From contig NC_067400.1 in NCBI RefSeq assembly GCF_016432865.1, positions 1,302,001 to 1,366,000 of the forward strand: a stretch of 64,000 bases of DNA, in the 5' to 3' direction. The position numbers were made by a program, and so were the translations under genes. Every line of letters begins with the position of its first letter. Within the stretch, counting starts at the first letter, position 1. Positions 21,401 through 32,785 of the stretch are shown in pieces. The notes under the pieces are model-generated. The model ran no database searches, was not told where the DNA came from, and saw only the letters and a program-made list of their open reading frames with translations. Source of the DNA: Antechinus flavipes. Taxonomy: Eukaryota.

Positions 21401-24400
21401 TTGGTTAGGGAGCAGTCGCACCAGACTCTTCCCGACCCCATTTGGGATGGTCTTGGAAGAGATACTGAAGGGCTCCCCATGTCCTCCTCCTGCTCATTTT
21501 ATGGATGAGGAAACTGAGGGAAACAGGGTAAAGCACCCTGCCCAGGGTCACATGGCCAGGGCCAGATCTGAACCCAGGTCTTCCCGATACCGGGCCGGGC
21601 GTGCTCTGTGTCAGGGGGCCAGCCAGCGGCACTGGGCTAGGCCCTTGATGACGACCCTCCGTTTGCCTCTCCCCAGCACCTGAGTAGGGTTCAGTGCTAG
21701 AAGCACTTGAAGGCGAGGCTGGGGGCTTCCTGACTCTGGGACTGACGGGGGGTCCCGCGGACCAGTTTCTGGACTGAGGTGCTCACAGGGGGACCTGGGG
21801 CTCAGCAGCGGCTGCCCTAAGGCCAGGGCCAAGGGGAGCGGGGAGTCTGCCCAGTCCCCCCTGTCCCCGTTCTCCCCCCCCCCCCCCCGGTCCGGGCTGA
21901 GCTGTACAGAGGTCCCGGTTGGCTGCTCACGGTCACTCTGGGAGAGAGGCGCCGCCCCCACCCCCATTTCACAATTGAGAAAACTGAGGTGGGCAGAGAT
22001 TGGCTGGCTTGGCCAGGGTCTTCCTGAGCTGGAGCCCGGCTAGGGGCTGTGCCATCCCCGGTCACCTCTGTTTGGCAGAGCCCCCACATCCCTGGTGCCG
22101 GATGCTCCCAGGACAGCGACTGCTCCAAAGGAGAAGCTGCCGATACAGGAAACGGTGAGCCACAAAGGGCGGCCATGGCTGGGGGGCGGGGGAGAAGGGC
22201 AGCTCCCAGACTGGGCCAGAGCACCTGCCCCTCCCCCATGGCACCCATTGCTCCCCTCCCTGTCTAGGAGTGATGACTGGCAAGTGTCTCCTGGGGGGCG
22301 GCAATGGCAGTGGCACCTGTGAGATTTTTGCCTGGTGCCCCGTGGAGAAGCCAACCAAGCCCACGTACGTGTGTCCGGCCTGGGGGGGTGGGAGTCACAG
22401 AGCCCTGCCCAGCACCCTCAGGGCCCGCCTGGGAACAGATGCTAGAGCGTGCTTTTTGCCTGTAATCCCTGCCAACTGTGCCCCTCCAGCCCACGCCCAG
22501 GAGGCCCCCCTCCCCACCCCCACCCCGTCAGAGCTTGACGAGAGCCTGGGAAGACCCGGTTGCCGCCGGACAGGAAGAGGACACCCCGAAGCTCCCTGGA
22601 CGTGCAGGCTGCTGGGGTCTCCTCCCCCTGCTGGCCACCCGGCACTGACCCGACCTGCTGGACTTGCAGGAAGCCGCTTCTGGCAAAGGCTGAAGACTTT
22701 ACCGTCTACATAAAGAACAGCATCTGCTTCCCCAAGTTCAACTTTTCCAAGTAAGTCAGGGGCTGGCCCAGCCCTGCTCAGAAGAGAAGGGGTGTCTGGG
22801 GGTGGGGGCTCTGCCCTCCTCCTGGGGAGGGAGTATGAAAGGCCAAAGGGAACCAGAGCGGGAGCAGCTCTCCGAGTGCCGAGTGCTGTGGGGGAGCGAG
22901 CCGGGGACCCAGCGCACCTGCGACCCCAGGGGCCGCCATCTGTGGGCCGTGACGAAGCCTGTGCCGTGTCCTGGCTGCCACCTTGGAGACATCGCCGGGG
23001 GCACGGGGACTCGAGACGGCCTTGGTGGGCTACTTCCTTCACTTGACAGATAGGGAGACTGAGGCTTCCCCAGGGCTGGGCTTGAGAAAGGGAGAGGGTG
23101 CCAATGGGGCAGGGTCGGGTCAGTCTGTTGTGTCAGGAGGTGGGCTGAGGGGCAGGGGGATGCCCTGGAGTTCCCCAGGCCATCCCATCAGCCCCTGCAT
23201 CCCGGGGCAGGGGAAGGAGGAGAGAGCACAGGGCTGCCCTTTCAGATGGGAAACACAGGCAGGTCAGCTGACGTGTTCAAGGCCGTGTGGGCGCACTGGC
23301 CCCGGAGGATGTCCATGCGGTGATCACAGGCTCTCGGGGCTTGGCACCCACCCAACTCCCCCCAGAAGCAGCTTCCTGGGGGTAGGTAGGGCTAGCCGGG
23401 GCTTAGCCCTCAGAAACGAAAGGGACTTCAGAGGGGCTCTAGTCCGTCCCCTCACAGTTAAAGCAAGAACCCCCGTGAGCTCCTGGCAGCCCCCCCCTAC
23501 ACTGCGTATCCCCGAGTTCTTCCCATGCCTAAACCGGCCGCGCTCACAGATGTCTGTCGAGCTCCTGGCGGCCGGCACGTAGCTGAACCCAGACAGCGGG
23601 ACCCCGAGCGCAGCCTCCAGAAGGGAGCCCGTAAAGGGCCGGGTTAGACGTGGCACACGGGAGCCAGACTGACCGACTGGGGTGGGGGCACAGTGCGGGC
23701 TTGTGGACAGGGGGACAGGGAATGGGGCATCCTGCGGCAAGCAACAGGATCGGCTCAAAGGGCCAGAGAGGACCTCAAAGGGAGACTGAGGCTGGTGGCG
23801 AGCCCTAAGTGCAGTTTGAGTTTGCTCCTAGAGGTAATGGGAGCAGCCAGTGGGAGAGGGTGAGTGTGGAGGACAAGGGGGGCTGTAAGCCAGGCTCAGG
23901 CCAGCCTCAAGAGCCTTCATCCCCGTCTCTCCCCACCTCCTGGATCTTCAGTCAAAGCTCTGGCCCTCCCTCTCTCCCCTGGTTCCCATGCTCCCGCCCC
24001 TTGGGTTTGTATCGTCCTCCATCTCTCCTCCGCCCCAACACCCAATCTTTGGTTTCTCCCGTTGAAGCGTTTCCCAGATGTGCCCCCTTCTCCTCTGCAG
24101 CTACCCCTCCTCTCCTCACCTCAGGCCTACTGCAGCAGCTGCTGGGGGAGGGGAGAATGTCTGCCTCCCATGCCCCCCCACCCCAGTCCCCCCTCAGTGA
24201 CCATGGAGGTCTCGGGGGGCTCTCAGAGCCTCCCCCAGACCGACCACGTCGTTCCTGTGGCCTGGCCCGGGCGGAGGCGGAGGGCTGCTCTCCCTAGTTC
24301 TGGACCCTTCTTTTCCAAGGAAACTTAGGCTGGCTCGACCAACCCTCTCCTGTTAGCCCCTCCCATGTGCCAGGCGCTGTGCCAAGTGCTGGGGGCCCAA

Positions 24401-27400
24401 AAAGGGCCAGTCCCTGCCCTTGGGGAGCTCACAATCCGATGGGAGAGACTCAAGGAGCCAGGATAGGAACCGGGACTGGATTCAGCTGGCTTGGGGAAGG
24501 CTTCCTGTAGGAGGGGGAGTCTTAGCGGGGCTCCAAATCTTACGTCAGGGGGGAATGGCCTGGGAGAGTGCCGGGGGCAGACACGGAGGGTCTTGTTTGA
24601 GGCCGGGCTCTAGCTGCAGAGCACGGGCTTGTGTCCTCGGACGCCGGGCTCCTCCTCCCCCAGCACAGCAGGTCGCCCCCTATCTTTAGAAGGAGAGCCC
24701 TTCCCTCCTGATCTCCAGACCACTCAGGCACCTGATCCCGGGGGTCTGGGACTCCCCCTTCGTTTCATCCTCCGGGATTTCCCGAGCCGCCGACCACGGC
24801 GTGCCGTGCCAAGGTGCGCTCGGCCGAGCCAGCCGGGGTAAGCGAGCCGGAGGGCCTGCTGGGAACCCGGACCTTCTCCCCACAGGACCAACGTGCTGCA
24901 CACCGAAAACCCCAACTTCCTCAAGTTCTGCCGCTTTGGCTCCAAGACGCCTTATTGCCCCATCTTCCGGCTGGGCACCATAGTCAGCTACACCGGCAAC
25001 GACTTCCAGAAAATGGCCATGGAGGTAACGCCCCTTACGTGGCCGGGCCTTCCTCGAGCACCAGGGGCTCCGGCTCTCACTTGCTCCCCAGGGAGCCTGA
25101 GGCTGCAGGAGGGGGGCTCCCAGGGGAGGGGGAAGCCTTATCCCAAGGTTCCCGTCCTACTTGTGGGAGACCCCTGGCTGTACTGCACTGGGCCACATGT
25201 GCCCACCTGGCTGCTGCACACTCACACTCACACATACACACACACTCTCACGCGCGCACACACACACACACATACAGTCACACACTCACACATAGTCTCA
25301 CACATTCACTCACACACACTCTCTCACAGACACTCACGCACAGACACACACACTCACATATACTCTCACTCTCACATACACTCACTCATACTCTCACACA
25401 CACTCTCTCACAGACACACACACATTCACTCTCACACGCACAGACACACACACACATATACTCTCACATACACTCACTCTCACACATACTCACTCTCACA
25501 CAGACACACATTTACTCTCACACGCAAAGACACACACACTCACATATACTCTCACTCACACTCACTCACACTCTCACACACACTCACTCTTACAGACACA
25601 CACACATTCACATATACTCTCACATACATATTCACACTCACTCTCAGACACTCACACACATTCACTCTCACAGACACACACACACACACATTCACATATA
25701 CTCTCACTCTCACATACATATTCATACTCATTCACACACTCTCACACAGACACTCACACACTCACTCACTCACACACATTCACTCTCACACGCACAGACA
25801 CACACTCACATATACTCTCACAGACACTCACTCACACTCTCACATAGACACACACACATTCACATATACTCTCACTCTCACATACATATTCACACTCATT
25901 CACACTCACTCTCAGACACTCACACATTCACTCTCACACGCACAGACACACACACACACTCACACAGACACTCATTCACTCACGCACAGACACATACATT
26001 CACATATACTCTCACTCTCACATACATATTCACACTCATTCACACTCACTCTCAGACACTCACACATTCACTCTCACATGCAGACACACACACACTCACA
26101 CATTCACATATACTCTCACTCTCACATACATATTCATACTCATTCACACACTCTCACAGACACTCATTCACTCACTCACACACATTCACTCTCACACGCA
26201 CAGACACACACACTCACATATACTCTCACTCACACACACACTCACACACTCACACACACTCACATACACTCACACTCTCACATACATATTCACACTCATT
26301 CACACTCACTCTCAGACACTCACACATTCACTCTCACACGCACACACACACACACTCACACAGACACTCATTCACTCACGCACAGACACATACATTCACA
26401 TATACTCACTCTCACATACATATTCATACTCATTCACACACTCTCACACAGACACTCACACACTCACTCTCACTCACACACATTCACTCTCACACGCACA
26501 TACACACTCACAGACACTCACACTCTCACACACACTCACACACTCACACACATTCACATATACTCACTCTCACATACATATTCACACTCATTCACACTCA
26601 CTCTCAGACACTCACACACATTCACTCTCACAGGCACAGACACACACACAGACACACACACTCAGACATTCACATATACTCTCACTCTCACATACATATT
26701 CACACTCATTCACACTCACTCTCAGACACTCACACATTCACTCTCACATGCAGACACACACACACTCACACATTCACATATACTCTCACTCTCACATACA
26801 TATTCACACTCTCACACACACTCTCACAGACACTCACACACATTCACTCTCACACGCACAGACACACACACTCACATATACTCTCACAGACACTCACACA
26901 CACACTCTCACACACTCACACACATATACTCTCACATACACTCACACTCTCACATACATATTCACACTCATTCACACTCACTCTCAGACACTCACACATT
27001 CACTCTCACACGCAGACACACACACACACTCACACATACACTCACTCACAGACATTCACATATACTCTCACTCTCACATACATATTCATACTCATTCACA
27101 CACTCACACAGACACTCACACACTCACTCTCACACACACATTCACTCTCACACGCACATACACACTCACAGACACTCACACTCTCACACACACTCACACA
27201 CTCACACACATTCACATATACTCACTCTCACATACATATTCACACTCATTCTCACTCACTCTCAGACACTCACACACATTCACTCTCACAGGCACAGACA
27301 CACACACAGACACACACACTCAGACATTCACATATACTCTCACTCTCACATACATATTCACACTCACTCACACTCACTCTCACACACTCACACACATTCA

Positions 27401-28665
27401 CTCTCACACACACACACACACACTCCCTCACACACACAGGCGTGTGCATGGACACCTGTGCCCCTCTGCCCGTGTTCTACCCGCCTACGCAGCTGGCCAC
27501 ATGTGCCACATGCTTCCTTTGGGTCACACATCTGTCAACACCTGGTAGCCGAGGGGCCGGGCCACACAGGTATGGTGCCCCCATCTCTTCCCCTGCCTCT
27601 GACTTCGCCTCTCAATCCCCCAAGGGTGGGGTGATAGGGATCGAGATCGAGTGGAACTGCGACCTGGACCAGGCTCCCTCGGCCTGCAGGCCCCATTACT
27701 CCTTCCGGCGTCTGGACAAGTTCACGGAGCCGTCCGCAACCGCAGGCTACAACTTCAGGTAAATGGGGCTGCTTGAGGGGGGCAGGGCCCGGATGCCCTT
27801 TCTCGGGAAGAGGAAGGGAGTGTGCTGAGCAAGCCCAGCACCCCCAGGGCACAGACGCCTCCTGTGGGGAGCTCCACAGCGGCGCCAGGAACCTGATGGG
27901 GGGGAGGCCCAGTGAGTCCTCCCTGTTCCCTGCTTTGTGGGCGGCGGTGGGCTGCCAGCAGCACCTCCTCTCGCGGCCAGATTCGCCAAGTACTACCACG
28001 ATGTCGACGGGGTGGAGTTCCGCACGCTGATGAAGGTCTACGGGATTCGCTTCGACGTGCTGGTGAGCGGCAAGGTGCGTGGGGGCCGGGCCGGATGGGA
28101 AGGAAGAGGAGCGTGGGGTGGCCGAGAGGTCTGGCCGGGCCCCCCGCTCCCCTGGACTCTCTCTTCCAGGCCGGGAAGTTCAACATCATCCCCCTGATGG
28201 TCAACGTGGGCACGGCCTTGGCCCTCATGGGAGCAGTGAGTGGTCCGGCCAGGGGAGGGGCTGCTCGGAGGCTGGGGTGGGAGGCAGAGGGCAGAGCCAG
28301 GGGAGCTCCCCTTGCTGACACCACTGTTTTTAGGGGGCTTTCTTCTGTGACTTTGTGCTCCTCCATCTGATCAAAAAAAGCCACTTCTACCGAGATAAAA
28401 AATACGAACAAATAAGGTGAGCTTCTGCTCTGCATTCAGTGCCAGGCCCGGTGCCCCCCGCCATGGGGAGGAGGTTCCCTGGGACCCGTTTTGGGGAGAT
28501 GACTCTGTTCCAAGGGCCCCATGGTGACAGCCCCTCTCCCTCTGCCCCATTTCCTCCCACAGGATGAGCTCACAAAAGTTCCTGTCCAGGCACCTGGTAA
28601 ATGGGGAGCAGGACTCGGGCCACACAGCTGGACAGGGACCACCAGGGCCAGCAACTCATTCCTGA
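14948..28665 (+). CDS. P2RX5: P2X purinoceptor 5, about 407 aa. Exons join(14948..15075,18814..18964,19987..20058,22079..22154,22268..22364,22670..22750,24886..25024,27625..27758,27981..28074,28170..28235,28334..28416,28563..28665); last exon tentative
   Basis: [25 protein letters not shown]-terminus, ATP-site KVK, NFR and LMK residues, the 10 conserved ectodomain Cys, TM2 AGKFNIIP...MGAGAFFCD and the YRDKK trafficking motif. Phases are continuous across all junctions. Confidence 0.95.
16250..16400 (-). mobile_element. L2 LINE 3' fragment
   Basis: TCAACAAGCATTTATTCAGCACCTCCTGTGTGCCAGGCACTGTG is the typical antisense L2 3' end. Confidence 0.7.
16400..16820. repeat. Polypurine (GA/GAG-rich) low-complexity tract in P2RX5 intron 1
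   Basis: About 420 nt almost devoid of pyrimidines on the + strand. Confidence 0.9.
25217..27438. repeat. 2.2-kb CA/CT-rich cryptic microsatellite with higher-order blocks in P2RX5 intron 7
   Basis: Nearly G-free + strand. The block CATACATATTCA(C/T)ACTCATTCACAC recurs about a dozen times at roughly 90-160 nt spacing. Confidence 0.97.
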
Positions 28666-29483
28666 GAGTGACCGGAGCAGCAGCCCTGCCACAAGGAGCA
28701 TGGAAATCAGCTCTCACCCGGAGCTGCCCGGCTTGGACCAGGACAGGGCACTCTGTGGGGCCGGCTGCCGCCAAATCTTGTTCCTGCTCTCCAGAACCTC
28801 CCTGGGGGTGGGCCGGTCCGGCTTTCTGTGAGCCCCTGGGCTGCACGTGCTCCTCCCAGGGGTCGCTGCCCCGGAAACTCATCAGGCCATCAGACTGGCT
28901 TGGCGCCGCGCCACCTTCCTCCTCCCGCTTCCAAGCCAGGCCGAGGGAGCCCAATGGCACGCTGGGGAGCAGGGACCCGGGGGGTGGAGAAGCCCTGCAC
29001 ATGGGCCCCTGGGGGTCAGAACCAGGGGCCCCAGACCTGCCTGGCTGGCAGTCAGCCAAGCCTCCTGGGGGTGCTCTAACTGAAGTTTGCCAGAGAAGCA
29101 ATTTGGGGAAGTTAGAAGCTTCTCTGCTCAACCCAAGAGTTCAATTCCCCGGGCTTCTGGGGCCAGCATGCTGGAACTCCCTCGGGGCCTGGAAGCCAGG
29201 CTGGGGTAGGGGTGGGCGACTGAAGCCCCAGGCTGGGCAGGGAGGGGTCTCGCCCTCAGTGAGCAAGGTCTCCAATGACAGGCAGCCCTTGTGTCAATGG
29301 CTAAAGGACCCTCCTACCACCGAGAGGTGAGAAGCAAGAGAGGGCGCGCTGGAAGGCATCTTGGAGGAGCACCCCTGGAGCTCGGGGAGCACGTACGCAC
29401 ACGCAGCCACGCCCCACCTCTGCCAACTGGGGACTCCACGCCAGCTTTTCTCAGCATCACTAACTTTTGTACTGTTGCTGCTT

Positions 29484-29489
29484 AATAAA
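29484..29489 (+). terminator. Candidate P2RX5 polyadenylation signal AATAAA
   Basis: First canonical AATAAA after the stop codon and before the convergent EMC6 3' end. Confidence 0.6.
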
Positions 29490-29878
29490 GCGCCTCATAA
29501 CCCATAAGCAACTGGATTTGACCCTACTAGGACTCGGCCGTCTCCCTTCCAAAGTCAGACACCAGAGACAGAGTCTGAGGCGGGGAGGGGGTCACCAGAC
29601 AGAAGCTGGAAGTGGAGGGTGGTGGGATGGCAAATGCTCAAGGGGTCCCCCAGCCAGGGCAACCTCGGGCAGAGAGCCTGACGGGGGAGGGGGGCCAGCA
29701 GCAAGGCTCCTCTGTGGGAGGTAACCTCTGGTGGGGGGAGGCTGGGGCCTGTGCAAACTTCTACGAAGAGTGGCTTGGGGAGAGAAGCTGGGGACGGGGG
29801 AGCTCGCCGCGGACCCTGGGGAAGCCCGCTGCGGTTCGCGCTCGGCAGGACACGCCACACGCCACGTTTCACATTTGA

Positions 29879-29884
29879 TTTAAT
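29879..29884 (-). terminator. Candidate EMC6 polyadenylation signal ATTAAA
   Basis: TTTAAT on the + strand, about 170 nt past the EMC6 stop. Confidence 0.45.
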
Positions 29885-30051
29885 CTGCAGACTAACACCA
29901 GAGATCTCTCTCCTGACATAAGTTACTAATAACATTAACAGCACAAACGGTGGACTCCGCCGGAAAGCGAGGGCTCTCGGCCTCTCCGAGCCGGCCAGTC
30001 CCTCCGGGCGCTTGGCTCCCGAGCCCACAGAAGCCTGGCAGCCCCCTCCCC

Positions 30052-30666
<615 letters not shown>

Positions 30667-30683
30667 CTAGCCCCAAACTCCTG

Positions 30684-32060
30684 CCTGGGGGAGGGGGTGC
30701 AGGGAAGGAAGTGCAAGAGCAGGTGGGGGATGGGACAAAGGGAAGGAAGTGCAGGAGCACCTGGGGGAGGGGGTGCAGGGAAGGAAGTGCAAGAGCAGGT
30801 GGGGGATGGGACAAAGGAAAGGAAGTGCAGGAGCACCTGGGGGAAGTGTTACAGGAAAGGAAGGGCAGGAGCAGGTGGGGGATGGGACAAAGGGAAGGAA
30901 GTGCAGGAGCACCTGGGGGAAGTGTTACAGGAAAGGAAGGGCAGGAGCAGGCTGGGGATGGGACAAAGGGAAGGAAGTGCAGGAGCACCTGGGGGAGGGG
31001 GTGCAGGGAAGGAAGTGCAAGAGCAGGTGGGGGATGGGACAAAGGAAAGGAAGTGCAGGAGCACCTGGGGGAAGTGTTACAGGAAAGGAAGGGCAGGAGC
31101 AGGCTGGGGATGGGACAAAGGGAAGGAAGTGCAGGAGCACCTGGGGGAAGTGTTACAGGAAAGGAAGGGCAGGAGCAGGTGGGGGATGGGACAAAGGGAA
31201 GGAAGTGCAGGAGCACCTGGGGGAAGTGTTACAGGAAAGGAAGGGCAGGAGCAGGCTGGGGATGGGACAAAGGGAAGGAAGTACAGGAGCACCTGGGGGA
31301 GGGGGTGCAGGGAAGGAAGTGCAAGAGCAGGTGGGGGAGGGGGTATAGGAAAGGAAGTGCAGGAGCACCTGGGGGAGAGGGTGCAGGGAAGGAAGGGCAG
31401 GAGCAGGTGGGGGAGGGGACAAAGGGAAGGAAGTGCAGGAGCACCTGGGGGAAGTGTTACAGGAAAGGAAGGGCAGGAGCAGGTGGGGGAAGTGTTACAG
31501 GAAAGGAAGGGCAGGAGCAGGTCGGGGATGGGAAAAAGGGAAGGAAGTGCAGGAGCACCTGGGGGAAGTGTTACAGGAAAGGAAGGGCAGGAGCAGGTGG
31601 GGGATGGGACAAAGGGAAGGAAGTGCAGGAGCACCTGGGGGAAGTGTTACAGGAAAGGAAGGGCAGGAGCAGGCTGGGGATGGGACAAAGGGAAGGAAGT
31701 ACAGGAGCACCTGGGGGAGGGGGTGCAGGGAAGGAAGTGCAAGAGCAGGTGGGGGAGGGGGTATAGGAAAGGAAGTGCAGGAGCACCTGGGGGAGGGGGT
31801 GCAGGGAAGGAAGGGCAGGAGCAGGTGGGGGAGGGGACAAAGGGAAGGAAGTGCAGGAGCAGGTGGGGGAAGTGTTACAGGAAAGGAAGGGCAGGAGCAG
31901 GTGGGGGATGGGACAAAGGGAAGGAAGTGCAGGAGCACCTGGGGGAAGTGTTACAGGAAAGGAAGGGCAGGAGCAGGTGGGGGATGGGACAAAGGGAAGG
32001 AAGTGCAGGAGCACCTGGGGGAGGGGGTATAGGAAAGGAAGGGCAGGAATATCTGGGGGA
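30684..32060. repeat. 38-bp G-rich minisatellite, about 36 units of three subtypes, in the EMC6 5'-UTR intron
   Basis: Units GGGGGAGGGGGTGCAGGGAAGGAAGTGCAAGAGCAGGT, GGGGGATGGGACAAAGGGAAGGAAGTGCAGGAGCACCT and GGGGGAAGTGTTACAGGAAAGGAAGGGCAGGAGCAGGT; period 38 (unit starts at 30687 and 30725). Confidence 0.97.
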
Positions 32061-32462
32061 GGGAATGCAGGGAAGCAAAGGCAGAAGTGTCTGGGGGAAG
32101 GCTCCAAGCCCCACCCCCTCACCTCTTCCCCTCCCAAGCACGGGATCCCTTCCTCCCTCCCAGGATTCGCCCCCTTTTCTTGAGGGAGAGCAGACCCTCG
32201 TCGGTCCGTCCCACGTGTCAGGCCCGGGTCCTTCGGGGCAGCCCCGGGAGGGCGGGGACGCGCAGCACGGAGACCCTTGCCCAAAGAAGAGGCCCAGCAA
32301 GGGAGGGAAGACGCCTGAGGCGGTCCCCAACCTCGTCTGGTTCCCGGCGAAAGAGGGAGGCCTAACTGCTGACCTCTAACCCCCCTGACCCTGGAGAGGA
32401 AGGGAAGACTCTCAGGCCTGTGTCGTCCCCCAAGCAAGAGTCCCGGGTCCCGCGGGTGTTAC

Positions 32463-32570
32463 CTGGTCCGGGAGGAGGCGGCGGCGGTGACAGCGACTGC
32501 GTCTTTTCCTCAGGCGGGCGAGGAGGACAGCGATTCCAGGGGCGCCATCTTGGCTCGAGGCTGCCGGGAA
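32463..32570 (-). other. EMC6: Probable non-coding first exon of EMC6 (5' limit approximate)
   Basis: Minus-strand donor CCAG/GTAAC at 32463, a YY1-like CAAGATGGCG at 32543-32552, and position in the CpG island facing TAX1BP3. Confidence 0.6.
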
Positions 32571-32785
32571 GAGAGAAGCGGGCGCATGCGCAGACTGGGA
32601 CTCCTCCTATCCCGCCCGGAGATGCTGCGCGTGCTCAGTGCCGGGTCGCCGGGGGGCGGAGCCCGAGAAGGGCGGCCCCCTCGTTGACTGGCTGCAACAT
32701 TCATGCATGATTCATGAGGGGCGGGACCTCCCGAGCCCTTTTGTTCTAGGGGTGGGGGCCGGGTGGGGCCGGAGCTGCAGCCAAG
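32570..32785. promoter_or_regulatory. Bidirectional EMC6/TAX1BP3 CpG-island promoter
   Basis: NRF1-like GCGCATGCGCA at 32582-32592, several GGGCGG boxes, and head-to-head gene orientation. Confidence 0.8.

Noticed and set aside
24814-27762. 982-aa and 913-aa His/Thr/Ser-rich ORFs
   Set aside because: They arise because the CA-rich array lacks stop codons; only the P2RX5 exon 7 and exon 8 parts are real coding sequence.
28521-29330. 269-aa ORF as a long P2X5 C-terminus
   Set aside because: It is not in the frame dictated by exon 11 (phase 2) at any nearby acceptor I checked.
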